Source: Armatimonadota bacterium
Lineage (GTDB): Bacteria > Armatimonadota > HRBIN16
Length of the DNA stretch: 64,000 nucleotides
Direction: 5' to 3'
Assembly: GCA_963677485.1 (NCBI GenBank)
Contig: OY781964.1
Coordinates: 4,448,001-4,512,000, forward strand
Shown here: positions 10,461 to 20,162 of the stretch, in pieces
Layout of the letters: the number at the start of each line of letters is the position of its first letter
Numbering within the stretch: position 1 is the stretch's first letter
Notes under the pieces: model-generated
The model's database searches: none
The model's input: only the letters and a program-made list of their open reading frames with translations
What the model was told of the DNA's origin: nothing
Made by a program: the position numbers and the translations under genes

Positions 10461-12458
10461 ATGTCTCACGATAAAAGCTACATCACCACACCCATTTACT
10501 ACGTGAATAGCACACCGCATATCGGAAACTCACTGACCACCATCGCGTGTGATGTGTTAGCCCGATTCCGGCGGATGCAAGGCATGCGCAGCTATTTCCT
10601 GACCGGCACCGATGAGAACGCGTTGAAGGTCAGCCGCGTGGCCGATGAGCGGGGGATTGACCGCCAGCTTTTTGTGGACCAGCTTTCCGCTGAGTTTCGC
10701 AAAACCTGGAATGAGATGCACATCAATTACCAGGACTTCATCCGCACCACCGAGCCGCGGCACAAGCGTGCTGTGCAGGAGGTATTCAACAGGCTGAAGG
10801 CCAAAGGCGATATCTACCTGGGCACCTATGAGGGATGGTATTGCGTCAGCGATGAGACCTTCTTCGCACCAGCCGATGTGGCGGACGATCACCTCTGCCC
10901 TAACAAGGAGTGCAGGAAGCCTCTGCAGTGGGTTGAGGAGAACAACTACTTCTTCAAGCTGTCGGCTTATGCGGATAGGTTGCTGGAGCAAATCGAAGCG
11001 AACCCGCATTGGCTCAGCCCCGAATTTCGCAAGAATGAAGCCATCGCCTACATCAAGCAGGGTCTGCGCGACCAAAGCATCACCCGCAGTAACCCGGGTT
11101 GGGGTATTGAGGTTCCTGGTGAACCCGACAAGGTGGTCTACGTCTGGTTTGACGCCCTGATCAACTATATCTCCGCTATCGGTTGGCCAGATAATATGGA
11201 AGAGTTTGCCAAGTGGTGGCCTGCAGAGCACTTGATGGGTAAAGAGATATTTGTGCGATTCCATGCGACCCTTTGGCCCTCCATGCTGATGGCGCTTGGT
11301 CTGCCTTTGCCTAAGCGCGTGTTTGGTCATGGTTGGTGGACTGTGGGGGGTGAGAAGGGCAGTAAGAGCAAGGGTAACCTGCCGCATCCCGTGGAGCTGG
11401 CGAAAAGGTTCAGTGAAATGAGCGGCAGCTCGCTGCCTGTGGCGGTCGACGCGGTTCGCTTCCTGCTGTGCCGAGAGATGCAGTTCGGTCTGGACAGCGA
11501 GTTCACCGAAGATCACTTTATCGACACTTATAACAGCAACCTGGCCAACGACCTGGGCAATGTGTTGAACCGCACGCTAAACATGGCGCATAAGTACTTC
11601 GAGGGCGTGGTGCCAGAGGGGCTGACTCTGAGTGCGGAGCTTGTGACCATGGCCTCGGAGCTCCAAACGAAAATGGAAGCTGAGTATGGCAACTACCGCC
11701 TGAATGAAGTGCTGGTTCAGATATGGCACATGGTGAGCCGTCTGAATAAATACATCGACGAAAGCGCACCGTGGAGCCTGGCTAAACAGGGCAAAGAGGC
11801 CGAGTGTGCCAGCACACTGGTCAGCGTACTAGATGGCGTGCGTCGTTGCGTTATCTGGATGGCCCCCTTCATGCCCGAAGCGATGAAGGTCATGTGGGCG
11901 CAACTCGGTCTGAGTGGCGAGCCATGCGATCAGCTCCTTGCAGACGCAGCACAACCTGGTTTCAAGACGGGCCACCAGTTTGGCAGCCCTAGTCCCGTAT
12001 TCCCACGAATCACACCGGAGGCACGAGCAAAAATGAGCGAGCAAGATAAGCAAACCGAACAACCTGTAGCCGAGGCTGTAGTGCAGCCTGAGCAGCCGAA
12101 AGCGGAGGCTACAAAACCAGCATACGAACCCAAACCGCAGATCACCATCGATGACTTCGCGAAAGTGGAGCTGCGCGTCGGTCGCATCATTGTGGCAGAA
12201 CGCATCCCCAAAGCTAAAAAACTGCTGAAAATTCAGGTAGACATGGGTGACCATCAGCGTCAAGTGGTAGCGGGCATCGCTGCCAGTTACGCCCCTGAGG
12301 ACTTGGCGGGGAAGGTCATCATCGTGTGTACCAACCTTCAGCCTGCGCTGCTTTGCGGTGTGGAGAGCAACGGCATGCTGCTCGCCGCCGACTTCGAAGG
12401 CAAGGCTGTGCTGCTCACCCCTGAGACCGATGCCGAGATCGGCTGCCGCATTAAGTAG
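10461..12458 (+). CDS. metG: Methionine--tRNA ligase with C-terminal tRNA-binding domain
   Basis: YITTPIYYVN, HIGN, GTDEN, YVWFDAL, KGSKS, and a C-terminal OB domain (ITIDDFAKVELRVG). Confidence 0.97.
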   Translation: MSHDKSYITTPIYYVNSTPHIGNSLTTIACDVLARFRRMQGMRSYFLTGTDENALKVSRVADERGIDRQLFVDQLSAEFRKTWNEMHINYQDFIRTTEPRHKRAVQEVFNRLKAKGDIYLGTYEGWYCVSDETFFAPADVADDHLCPNKECRKPLQWVEENNYFFKLSAYADRLLEQIEANPHWLSPEFRKNEAIAYIKQGLRDQSITRSNPGWGIEVPGEPDKVVYVWFDALINYISAIGWPDNMEEFAKWWPAEHLMGKEIFVRFHATLWPSMLMALGLPLPKRVFGHGWWTVGGEKGSKSKGNLPHPVELAKRFSEMSGSSLPVAVDAVRFLLCREMQFGLDSEFTEDHFIDTYNSNLANDLGNVLNRTLNMAHKYFEGVVPEGLTLSAELVTMASELQTKMEAEYGNYRLNEVLVQIWHMVSRLNKYIDESAPWSLAKQGKEAECASTLVSVLDGVRRCVIWMAPFMPEAMKVMWAQLGLSGEPCDQLLADAAQPGFKTGHQFGSPSPVFPRITPEARAKMSEQDKQTEQPVAEAVVQPEQPKAEATKPAYEPKPQITIDDFAKVELRVGRIIVAERIPKAKKLLKIQVDMGDHQRQVVAGIAASYAPEDLAGKVIIVCTNLQPALLCGVESNGMLLAADFEGKAVLLTPETDAEIGCRIK

Positions 12459-12480
12459 CCGCTACCCAGGGACGATTGTG

Positions 12481-12726
12481 TCACGCGAAGACGCGATGAC
12501 GCGAAGGGGTAATGACGGCGCGGTTTGTCAGAGAATCGTAGGGGCGGGGTTTCCCCGCCCTTGGTTCTTTTTCTACCACGAATAGACACCAATGGGATGT
12601 TTATCCACAGATTACGCAGATTACGCAGATTAGGTAGTGACCGATGCGGTTACTCGGAACGCCTGCTTACGCCATGCAGCAATCTTCAGTACTGGTCTGG
12701 CGGGTAGGGGCGATCGGCGATCGCCC
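12481..12726 (+). repeat. Cluster of REP-like hairpins and short tandem repeats
   Basis: GTAG-GGGCGGGG-TTT-CCCCGCCC (12538-12560), GTAG-GGGCGATC-GGC-GATCGCCC (12704-12726), 9-mer ACGCGA(A/T)G x3 (12481-12506), 10-mer CAGATTACG tandem (12605-12632). Confidence 0.75.
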
Positions 12727-12912
12727 TTTGACCATGCCTGTGTAGTTCCTTGGCCACCACGAGGGAATTCAACCTAACTGATCGCATCCTACCTCTATTC
12801 GCTAGCCATGACAACGAATTGGGGCGTTTAGCATCTGCGGTGAACATCAGGCACTGATGGCATGCCAAATTATAGGTATTTTGCACATAAACCTCAAATC
12901 GAGTAAAAAGCC

Positions 12913-12941
12913 TTGACATAGGTGTGAGGCGGTAGTAGGCT
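12913..12941 (+). promoter_or_regulatory. Sigma70-type promoter for the downstream orphan gene
   Basis: TTGACA, 17 nt spacer, TAGGCT. Confidence 0.6.
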
Positions 12942-13000
12942 TTATTTAAGCTTTGAAAACGGAAGTGTGTTCGGTGCGATTAATACATGGAGAACTAATA

Positions 13001-14131
13001 ATGACAAAGTATATCGCTTCACTAGATATCTTCAAGATAGCAAAACTAAAGATGGATCAGGATGCATTTCATGTTGAGGATTTAGTCGTATTACCGGATC
13101 ATACTATAATCGTCTGTCAAGATGGCCCGATAGTTGACCACCTAATGTTACCGAAAGACTATCTCCGAAAAGTTGACAGCGTTCAGTCTATACGTCGTAT
13201 AAACATAAAACCGGGCAAGGAAATATGGCGTAGCGAACTCAGTCACGACGTCATTAAGGGCAATTATTCATATGCACCTAATGATGATCGAATGTTACGT
13301 ATATCTGGTACACGCCTATTATTCGGATATGGAGTACGCAAAAAGCTCTGGCTGGTAGATATAAATAACGGTCGGGTTCTGTCATCACCATGGCAGAACA
13401 ATCGAACTGTAAGGCTTATTGCTGTTCATGATGATCATGTGATTATTTGGGATAAACGTGGATTCCTTGCATCTTATAATGTGAATAACCTTAAGAAGTT
13501 GTGGACTATTGCCTATTATAAGCGTCCGGAGCTTGTTTGTTCACTCGACAAAGAATGGCTGCTGATGACGCATAGTAACGGACAATGTGTTTTTTCTGTC
13601 AACATTTATAGTGGAGCAATTCGACCAATTAACTTTCCTAGCGTGTCGCAACTAAAGTGTGCATGCCCAGTTGGCGATAACATCTACTTAGTTGGCGGTG
13701 ATATGACCTGGGTGGTCAACCGAAACTCGAATAAGTGCGAAAAGCTATCCTCTGCTCCAAAAAATACAGGGTTCCCAGCTGCGATCGATGCAGGACATGG
13801 TCGGGCTATCAAAGAGCGATGGACAATGCACGGAGATCAGATTTTACAAAAGAGATCAGTATTAGTTGATTTCGTTCATTCAACATCATTTGAATTCAAC
13901 AAACTATATATCATAAGAGATTGTATTGTCATCGGAAATGATAGACTGTTATGCAGATATAATACTTATTACTCTAACAGGCTAACCGGTGAGAGTTATT
14001 TCATGGTGTTTAATATAGCGACTAAAGAGATTAAACATTTGAAGGGCATAGACACTGCCACTGATCATATGGATGTGCTTAGTGAAACTCAGGTCTTGTT
14101 ACGTGGGTTTGAATGGGTGGTTATTGGATAA
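13001..14131 (+). CDS. AT-rich hypothetical protein, probable beta-propeller (PQQ-like repeats)
   Basis: Repeats such as GKEIWRSEL, VDINNGRVL, NLKKLWT, NIYSGAI. GGAG RBS before ATG 13001. Visibly lower GC than its neighbours. Confidence 0.65.
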   Translation: MTKYIASLDIFKIAKLKMDQDAFHVEDLVVLPDHTIIVCQDGPIVDHLMLPKDYLRKVDSVQSIRRINIKPGKEIWRSELSHDVIKGNYSYAPNDDRMLRISGTRLLFGYGVRKKLWLVDINNGRVLSSPWQNNRTVRLIAVHDDHVIIWDKRGFLASYNVNNLKKLWTIAYYKRPELVCSLDKEWLLMTHSNGQCVFSVNIYSGAIRPINFPSVSQLKCACPVGDNIYLVGGDMTWVVNRNSNKCEKLSSAPKNTGFPAAIDAGHGRAIKERWTMHGDQILQKRSVLVDFVHSTSFEFNKLYIIRDCIVIGNDRLLCRYNTYYSNRLTGESYFMVFNIATKEIKHLKGIDTATDHMDVLSETQVLLRGFEWVVIG

Positions 14132-14567
14132 GCAAAAGAAGTGTACCTGCGTTCGATGGGATGCGTGTTGGCAATGTATACCTCACCCCAGGTCTCTAGC
14201 TTGAAACTGATGTGGGTTTGGTAGTGGCTGCTGTGTTGCTGAATCATTACCCTCATGTAAACTTGGGTAGCACCGGGGATATCGAACATTCATGGTTTAT
14301 ACTACCCCTTCCAGGGTCTTTTGCCATCTGATGTCTACTGCCAACATCTTCAACATGCACGATAAGGACCTATCAGGCTTTCACTGAATGTGTAGCAGCA
14401 TCTATGGCTACGGGTAGTGCTACGCAGTCCGCATTTCGCAATTCAAAACAACATATCCGCAGTTCTCCCACATATTCACCGGTATTGTTGCAGGAAAACA
14501 GTATCCTGTTGATGAATGATATCCGAGTGACGGCCCGAACTCTCTTCCTATATCACAGGAGCGACAG

Positions 14568-15401
14568 ATGGATATTACTTACAGCGTTTTACCGAAATTC
14601 TATCAGCAATATGATGTGCCCCAGCTTGCCTCCATGGTTCGCGAAGTCAACCTCGACACCATCAATCTGATGGTCCGCGATGGTTACTGGGTAAATGAGC
14701 ACAATATCAGCACTGAGCTGCCGGCGTTTGTGAAAGCGATGCGCTCTGAGGCGATAGATGTGAACTTCGCCACGACAGATTATAGTGCAGAGCAGTTGGT
14801 GGCTGATCCCGCTCCTTTGGGTATCATGGCCGATGCCGGCATCACGCGGTTCCGGATAAGCCATATCTGGGTGAGTAATGGAGATGCACGGGCCAGCCTC
14901 GAAGCCGCAAAAACGAGCCTGGGCAGCCTGGAGCGGTTGTGTGAAAAATATGGCATACAGGCGGTTTACCAGGTGCATCATGGCACGTTGATCGCCAGTG
15001 CGTTTGCCGCATGGGCGTTGGTGAAGAACCTGCACCCCAGATATATCGGGGTGGAGTTGGATCCCGGCAACCAGGCCCATGAGGGGTATGAATCGTGGGA
15101 CAAGTCGGTGAGCTTATTAGGTGATCACCTGGTCGCAATGGGAGTGAAGGACGTCGCCTGGGTCCGGCAACCGGTAAGCGGGGACGAGCACTCCAAAGGC
15201 TGGCAAACCGAGTGGGTACCGCTGGCAGACGGCATCACGGATTGGTATGATCTGATGCGGGCCTTGCATATGCGGGACTGGTCTGGGCTGTTTGCATTCA
15301 TGCCGTTCTACCATGAGAATGAGCCCGATAAACTCACCAAGCTCTTGAAAAAAGACGTGGGGTATATGCGTCAGGTGCAGTCAGATATCGAGTCGGAATA
15401 A
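14568..15401 (+). CDS. Sugar phosphate isomerase/epimerase (xylose isomerase-like TIM barrel)
   Basis: QVHHG, ELDPGN, VKD and PLADGITDW motifs. AGGAG RBS. Confidence 0.75.
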   Translation: MDITYSVLPKFYQQYDVPQLASMVREVNLDTINLMVRDGYWVNEHNISTELPAFVKAMRSEAIDVNFATTDYSAEQLVADPAPLGIMADAGITRFRISHIWVSNGDARASLEAAKTSLGSLERLCEKYGIQAVYQVHHGTLIASAFAAWALVKNLHPRYIGVELDPGNQAHEGYESWDKSVSLLGDHLVAMGVKDVAWVRQPVSGDEHSKGWQTEWVPLADGITDWYDLMRALHMRDWSGLFAFMPFYHENEPDKLTKLLKKDVGYMRQVQSDIESE

Positions 15402-15412
15402 CAAATCCTCTG

Positions 15413-15447
15413 ACTGAGACGGCCGCGATGGCCGCCTCAGTGTTTTT
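15413..15447 (+). terminator. Intrinsic terminator
   Basis: ACTGAGACGGCC-GCGAT-GGCCGCCTCAGT followed by GTTTTT. Confidence 0.65.
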
Positions 15448-15523
15448 ATCGTGTCAACTACCTACAACTCGTATACTGCTAACTGGCAACGATATAAGCA
15501 GACCCAGTTATGCGCGGTTCATT

Positions 15524-15742
15524 GTCCGGCACCCACGAAGTGGGTATCTTCTTATAGCCACGGGTAAGCGTAAGCGCAACCCGTGGTAGGTGCCGCGGTA
15601 TAACTTACCCCGAAGCGGGTCTTCTGTGATGACAATGGGGTGCGACCCACTTCGGGGTAGAAATGGTCTCCCACATACCAGGGGTATCGCTTCGCTCACC
15701 CCTGGCTATAAGGAATCTTACCCACTCCGTGGGTGCCCGGAC
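15524..15742. repeat. Nested imperfect palindrome (REPIN/MITE-like element)
   Basis: Terminal inverted arms GTCCGGCACCCACGAAGTGGGTA / TACCCACTCCGTGGGTGCCCGGAC, with inner inverted hairpin pairs. Confidence 0.75.
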
Positions 15743-15812
15743 GGAAATGTATACGAATTCTCCGTGTATTTGTGTAACCAGCTGGTCCATTAACCATGTT
15801 CATGATGTAAAC

Positions 15813-16154
15813 TCAGCCGGGAGGCCAGGTGAGCCTGCGTCCGCCAAGCATATGGATGTGAAGGTGCATCACCGTCTGGCCCGCCTCTTCGCCCACGTTG
15901 GTGACCAGCCTGTAGCCGTTCACCAGCCCAAGGGCTTCACCGATTTTGGCGCTCACTGCAATGCAGTGCCCAACTAGTGCCTCATGGTCGGCGTCCACAT
16001 AAGCACTGTCCACAACGTGCTGTTTTGGGATGATCAACACATGCTCCGGGGCTTGAGGATTCAAGTCTTTGAATGCCAGCACCGTGTCGTCTTCAAAGAC
16101 GACCTGTGACGGGATTTGCTTATTCGCGATTTTGCAGAAGATGCAGTCGGACAT
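15813..16154 (-). CDS. hinT: Histidine triad nucleotide-binding protein
   Basis: DCIFCKI, GQTVMHLHIHMLGGR, C-terminal WPPG. Confidence 0.93.
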   Translation of the reverse strand: MSDCIFCKIANKQIPSQVVFEDDTVLAFKDLNPQAPEHVLIIPKQHVVDSAYVDADHEALVGHCIAVSAKIGEALGLVNGYRLVTNVGEEAGQTVMHLHIHMLGGRRLTWPPG

Positions 16155-17445
16155 TGGTTTCCTCCTTCGTGTTTTGCAGATGCCCAGTCATGAACCCATT
16201 TTTGAGATCGGTGAGTTCAACAGGCACGATCTTACCGGACAAGCTGCGTGGAGCCTTGAGATGTACGGGGATGTAGTTGGGGGTGAACCCCTTCATCATA
16301 CCCTCTGAATCGGGACGTCCCTCCACCAGCACGGGCATGCTCCTTCCGGAAAACTTCATCATAAACTCATTTTGCAGTTCATTGCACAGCGTGATCAGTC
16401 TGTGGCTGCGGTTCTCTTTGGTGGATTCGGAGATGTGCCCATCCATGCTCAGTGCGGGAGTGTTGGGGCGGGCACTAAATCGGAAAACATGCGCCTTAGC
16501 AAAGCCTATTTCACGGCAGACAGCCAGTGTGTTTGTAAAAGCCTCTTCGGTTTCGCCCGGGAAGCCCACAATGATGTCGGTGGTGATGGCGATGTCAGGT
16601 ATGAACCGTTGCAACCGATGAGCTAAGCTGATGATGAATTCTGAGCTGTAGTGGCGGTTCATGCGGCGCAGAACCTCATCGTCACCAGCCTGCAGCGGAA
16701 TGTGAATGTGCGGGCAGATTTTGGGGTCATTGACCATGAGCTCTATGAGCTGCTTGCTGATGTCATTTGGCTCGATGCTGCTCAGCCTGATCCTTGCCAG
16801 CCCATCGATGCTAGAGAGTGCCGAGATAAGCTGCGGCAACGTCTCACTGGTTCCCAGGCCATAGGCACCTACCTGTATTCCTGTGATCACCAGCTCTTTT
16901 GATCCGCTGGCCACAAAACCGCGCACTTCATCACAGATATCGCTGATAGGTCGGCTGGTCAATTCGGGGCGGGTGAGTGGGATAGAGCAATATGAGCACC
17001 GGTTCGTGCAGCCGTCTTGAATCTTGATGGTGGCCCTGGTCCGCTTACGATGGCTGAGTTCGGCCACGCAAACCTCGGGTTGAGTGAGCCTGGCAGCGAA
17101 TTCTGGGAAGCTCTGCAGTATCAGCTCTGGCGTGGTCTCCTTATCGGGATTGAGCACCAGCAGGTCGGCTTCGGGTATCTCCAGCTCAGTAAATGCGGTG
17201 AGCTGCGCCCAGCAGCCGGTGATGACAACTTTAGCATTTGGATTTGTGTGTCTTGCCTTACGCAGCTGCTGCAGCGATTTATGTTCGGCCGTGGCGGTTA
17301 CTGAGCAGCTATTGATGAGATACAAATCGGCCACCTCATTGAAGGGGCACGGAGTGAACCCCAGACGCGCAAACCTTTCTGAAAGAGCCTGTGTTTCATA
17401 TTGGTTGACTTTACATCCAAGTGTGAAGACTGCGAATTTAACCAT
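16120..17445 (-). CDS. mtaB: tRNA t6A37 methylthiotransferase (radical SAM)
   Basis: TLGCKVNQYET, NSCSVT, KIQDGCTNRCSYC, RIRLSSIEP, HVFRFS, TRAM-like C-terminus. Confidence 0.9.
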   Translation of the reverse strand: MVKFAVFTLGCKVNQYETQALSERFARLGFTPCPFNEVADLYLINSCSVTATAEHKSLQQLRKARHTNPNAKVVITGCWAQLTAFTELEIPEADLLVLNPDKETTPELILQSFPEFAARLTQPEVCVAELSHRKRTRATIKIQDGCTNRCSYCSIPLTRPELTSRPISDICDEVRGFVASGSKELVITGIQVGAYGLGTSETLPQLISALSSIDGLARIRLSSIEPNDISKQLIELMVNDPKICPHIHIPLQAGDDEVLRRMNRHYSSEFIISLAHRLQRFIPDIAITTDIIVGFPGETEEAFTNTLAVCREIGFAKAHVFRFSARPNTPALSMDGHISESTKENRSHRLITLCNELQNEFMMKFSGRSMPVLVEGRPDSEGMMKGFTPNYIPVHLKAPRSLSGKIVPVELTDLKNGFMTGHLQNTKEETNVRLHLLQNRE

Positions 17446-17549
17446 AACAAATATATTCTACCGAGTCTGGCCGATGCAGTCACTTCGGTGAGGGCCGCCG
17501 ATATCTGTTAGAATATAAGGTGATGTCAAAGTTTCATGGAGGGGTCACA

Positions 17550-17816
17550 ATGCCGTTTAAGGTCTATCTCAATGGTTTCATCATTCTTGGAATTCTGTTG
17601 CTTGTATTAGGAGTGGTCGGGTTCCTTAAGGGTGCTGAGATTCTCCGCGATCCAGGCCAACCCAAAGACTCCCTTCTCCCTGTGTTATACGTGCTTGGGG
17701 GACTAGTCATGCTAGTCAACGGATGGATGTCCATCCGTGCTTACGAGTTGAGATGCGCAGAGGAAAAAACCGCAGGAAAGGAAACACAGACAATTGTCAC
17801 CAACAAAATGCAGTGA
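17550..17816 (+). CDS. Small two-TM membrane protein
   Basis: GGAGG RBS and two hydrophobic helices. Confidence 0.65.
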   Translation: MPFKVYLNGFIILGILLLVLGVVGFLKGAEILRDPGQPKDSLLPVLYVLGGLVMLVNGWMSIRAYELRCAEEKTAGKETQTIVTNKMQ

Positions 17817-18090
17817 ATGCGATAAGGTGCTTGACCTCATACCGCTTTGGTTAGATGAGGTTACTGTCAGCTTTACGTGTGAGGATTGCCGTCAGAAGCA
17901 TCGCTCAGTGGCTCCATCACGAGGGCGCAAAATTGCCCCGATCGATATATCGGATGATCTGGCTGAGGTTATTGATCCGCTAGAGGCTCTCGTCATTAAC
18001 AAAGATGACGACACCGAAATCTCGCTGGAAGCTCTTCAAGAAGAAGAAGCCCTTCACGATGATCTCCCCGTTGATGAAGAGGACGTATAG
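17794..18090 (+). CDS. Small CxxC..CxxC protein with acidic tail
   Basis: CSEC...CEDC followed by a D/E-rich C-terminus. Fills the operon gap; TTG start is uncertain. Confidence 0.6.
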   Translation: MSPTKCSECDKVLDLIPLWLDEVTVSFTCEDCRQKHRSVAPSRGRKIAPIDISDDLAEVIDPLEALVINKDDDTEISLEALQEEEALHDDLPVDEEDV

Positions 18091-18111
18091 CTTCTATAGC
18101 TAGCTTGTATA

Positions 18112-18918
18112 ATGGTTGATATCCATTGTCATATTCTACCTGGAGTTGACGACGGTGCTGATTGCCTGGACACATCCGTGGCCCTTGCCAGGCAAGCCGT
18201 CGCCCAGGGCGTCTCGGTCATCGCCGCGACATCACACTATCGGTGGAGCGATAATCCGCTCATGACCGGTGATAAAGTGCTAGGATTAGTCGCCGAAGTT
18301 AATTCTGCGCTCAAAAATGCCAAAGTGAAACTGACGGTTGTTGCGGGCTGTGAAGTGCCCATCTCCGAACCCGAAGTTTTAGCGATTATTTCAGATATGG
18401 GCCTCACCTATGGGGCACACTCTAAGGCTGTGTTGCTAGAACCATCATTCAAGACTTTCGCAGCCAATGGCATAGATACGGTCAAGCAGTCTATGCAGAT
18501 GCATCTTCTACCGGTGATCGCTCACCCCGAACGCTGTGCAGCCTTGCGTGAAAATGATGCACTCATCAACCGATTGGTTGACCTGGGCGCCATTCTGCAG
18601 GTCACCGCCAGCAGCCTCTACATGGGGGATCCAACTGACCCCACCCGTGTAGCCGCTAACCGCTTGCTGTCCGATGGGCTGGTAGGCATCATTGCCAGTG
18701 ATGCGCACAACCCTGAGCGGCGCAGCATCCATATGAAGCAAGCCTATAAGTATGTCTCAGACAAAAGTGGCTCCCATATCGCCGAGTTACTCTGTCATAC
18801 CATACCGATGGCCATCGCGAGTGGTGATGAAGTGAACCATTCAGATATCTACGATGCGTATGCAAGCAAAAAACGAAGCGGGTTTCGTGGATTGATGGAC
18901 AGGCTGCTAAAAAGATGA
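18112..18918 (+). CDS. PHP-family tyrosine-protein phosphatase (CpsB/CapC)
   Basis: DIHCHILPGVDDG, ATSH, IAHPER, IASDAH. Confidence 0.9.
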   Translation: MVDIHCHILPGVDDGADCLDTSVALARQAVAQGVSVIAATSHYRWSDNPLMTGDKVLGLVAEVNSALKNAKVKLTVVAGCEVPISEPEVLAIISDMGLTYGAHSKAVLLEPSFKTFAANGIDTVKQSMQMHLLPVIAHPERCAALRENDALINRLVDLGAILQVTASSLYMGDPTDPTRVAANRLLSDGLVGIIASDAHNPERRSIHMKQAYKYVSDKSGSHIAELLCHTIPMAIASGDEVNHSDIYDAYASKKRSGFRGLMDRLLKR

Positions 18919-20162
18919 GTGAACAACCAGCGAAGCGACACGGCAAATCGGTACTGATTCTGGTAGAGAACCTTCCTGTACCGCACGACCGCCGGGTCTG
19001 GCTGGAAGCGACATCTCTGCAAAAAGCGGGTTTCCATGTCAGTGTTATCTCACCATGCCCACCGAAGGCCAAAAAGTGGGATGTCATCGACGATGTTCAT
19101 GTTTACCGATATGCACCTCCACCTACCACCAAGCGCCGGATTAGTTTTGTGTGGGAGTTTTTTTACTGTTGGATGGTCACTTTTGCTTTGAGCCTGGTGA
19201 TCTGGGCTCGCGAGGGTATCGATGCCGTCCACGGCTGTAATCCCCCTGACACCTTCTGGCTGATTGGCCGGTTCTATCAGCTTTTCGGCAAAAAGTATGT
19301 GTTTGACCACCATGATCTATGCCCGGAACTCTATGCGGTGAAGTTTCCAAAAAAACGCGGAAGAGCATATAAGGGCGTAGTGTGGCTTGAAAAAATGCAG
19401 TTCAAATCGGCCGACTGGGTGATTTCAACGAACGAATCATATCGTCAAGTAGCCATCGAGCGTGGCGGATTGCCCCCAGAGCGTGTCACAGTGGTGCGAA
19501 GTGGTCCTGACCTGAGTAACTTCCATCGGGTGACACCCACAGGTGAGTTCAAACGCAACTTCAAATACCTTGCAGTTTACCTGGGAGTGATCAACCCGCA
19601 AGACAACCTGGATTCGCTGCTGCGGTCAATACATCACATCGTGTTTGAGTTGAAGCGCACAGAAATCGGGTATGTCATCGTTGGTGGCGGGGACGCTCTG
19701 CAGGATCTGAAAAAACTATCGACGACGTTAGGCCTCGACGAATATGTGCAATTTACAGGATTTATCCGTGGCGAGCAGTTGCTGGTGGCTCTATCTGACG
19801 CCGACATCGCTGTGGTTCCTGACCCCAAGACACCGCTTGATGATAAATCGACGTTTAATAAGGTGATCGAGTATATGGCGTTGGGTATCCCGCAGATATG
19901 CTATGACCTAAAGGAATCACGCTTCTCAGCACAGGAGGCTGCGGTCTATATCACCCCTGGCGATGAGCAGGAGTTCGGACGCAAGCTGGTGGAGTTGCTT
20001 GATGACCCAACAAAAAGGCAAGAGATGGCGCAGTTCGGCATCAATCGGGTTAAGAACGCCCTTGCTTGGAATTTCAGCCGTGACATCCTGGTGGATGTAT
20101 ACGAAAATCTTCTTGATGTTCCGCAAACAGACCGTGTCACTCAGACGGAGGGCAACTGTTGA
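18915..20162 (+). CDS. Glycosyltransferase family 4
   Basis: ENLPVPHDRRVW, HGCNPPD, FDHHDLCPEL, NKVIEYMALG. Confidence 0.9.
   Translation: MSEQPAKRHGKSVLILVENLPVPHDRRVWLEATSLQKAGFHVSVISPCPPKAKKWDVIDDVHVYRYAPPPTTKRRISFVWEFFYCWMVTFALSLVIWAREGIDAVHGCNPPDTFWLIGRFYQLFGKKYVFDHHDLCPELYAVKFPKKRGRAYKGVVWLEKMQFKSADWVISTNESYRQVAIERGGLPPERVTVVRSGPDLSNFHRVTPTGEFKRNFKYLAVYLGVINPQDNLDSLLRSIHHIVFELKRTEIGYVIVGGGDALQDLKKLSTTLGLDEYVQFTGFIRGEQLLVALSDADIAVVPDPKTPLDDKSTFNKVIEYMALGIPQICYDLKESRFSAQEAAVYITPGDEQEFGRKLVELLDDPTKRQEMAQFGINRVKNALAWNFSRDILVDVYENLLDVPQTDRVTQTEGNC

Noticed and set aside
10557-11516. 319-aa - strand ORF
   Set aside because: Antisense shadow of metG.
12481-12726. Possible CRISPR array
   Set aside because: No identical 23-50 nt repeats with regular unique spacers, and no cas genes.
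14132-14567. Short ORFs or an element remnant in this intergenic region
   Set aside because: No convincing RBS, motif or repeat structure could be established by eye.
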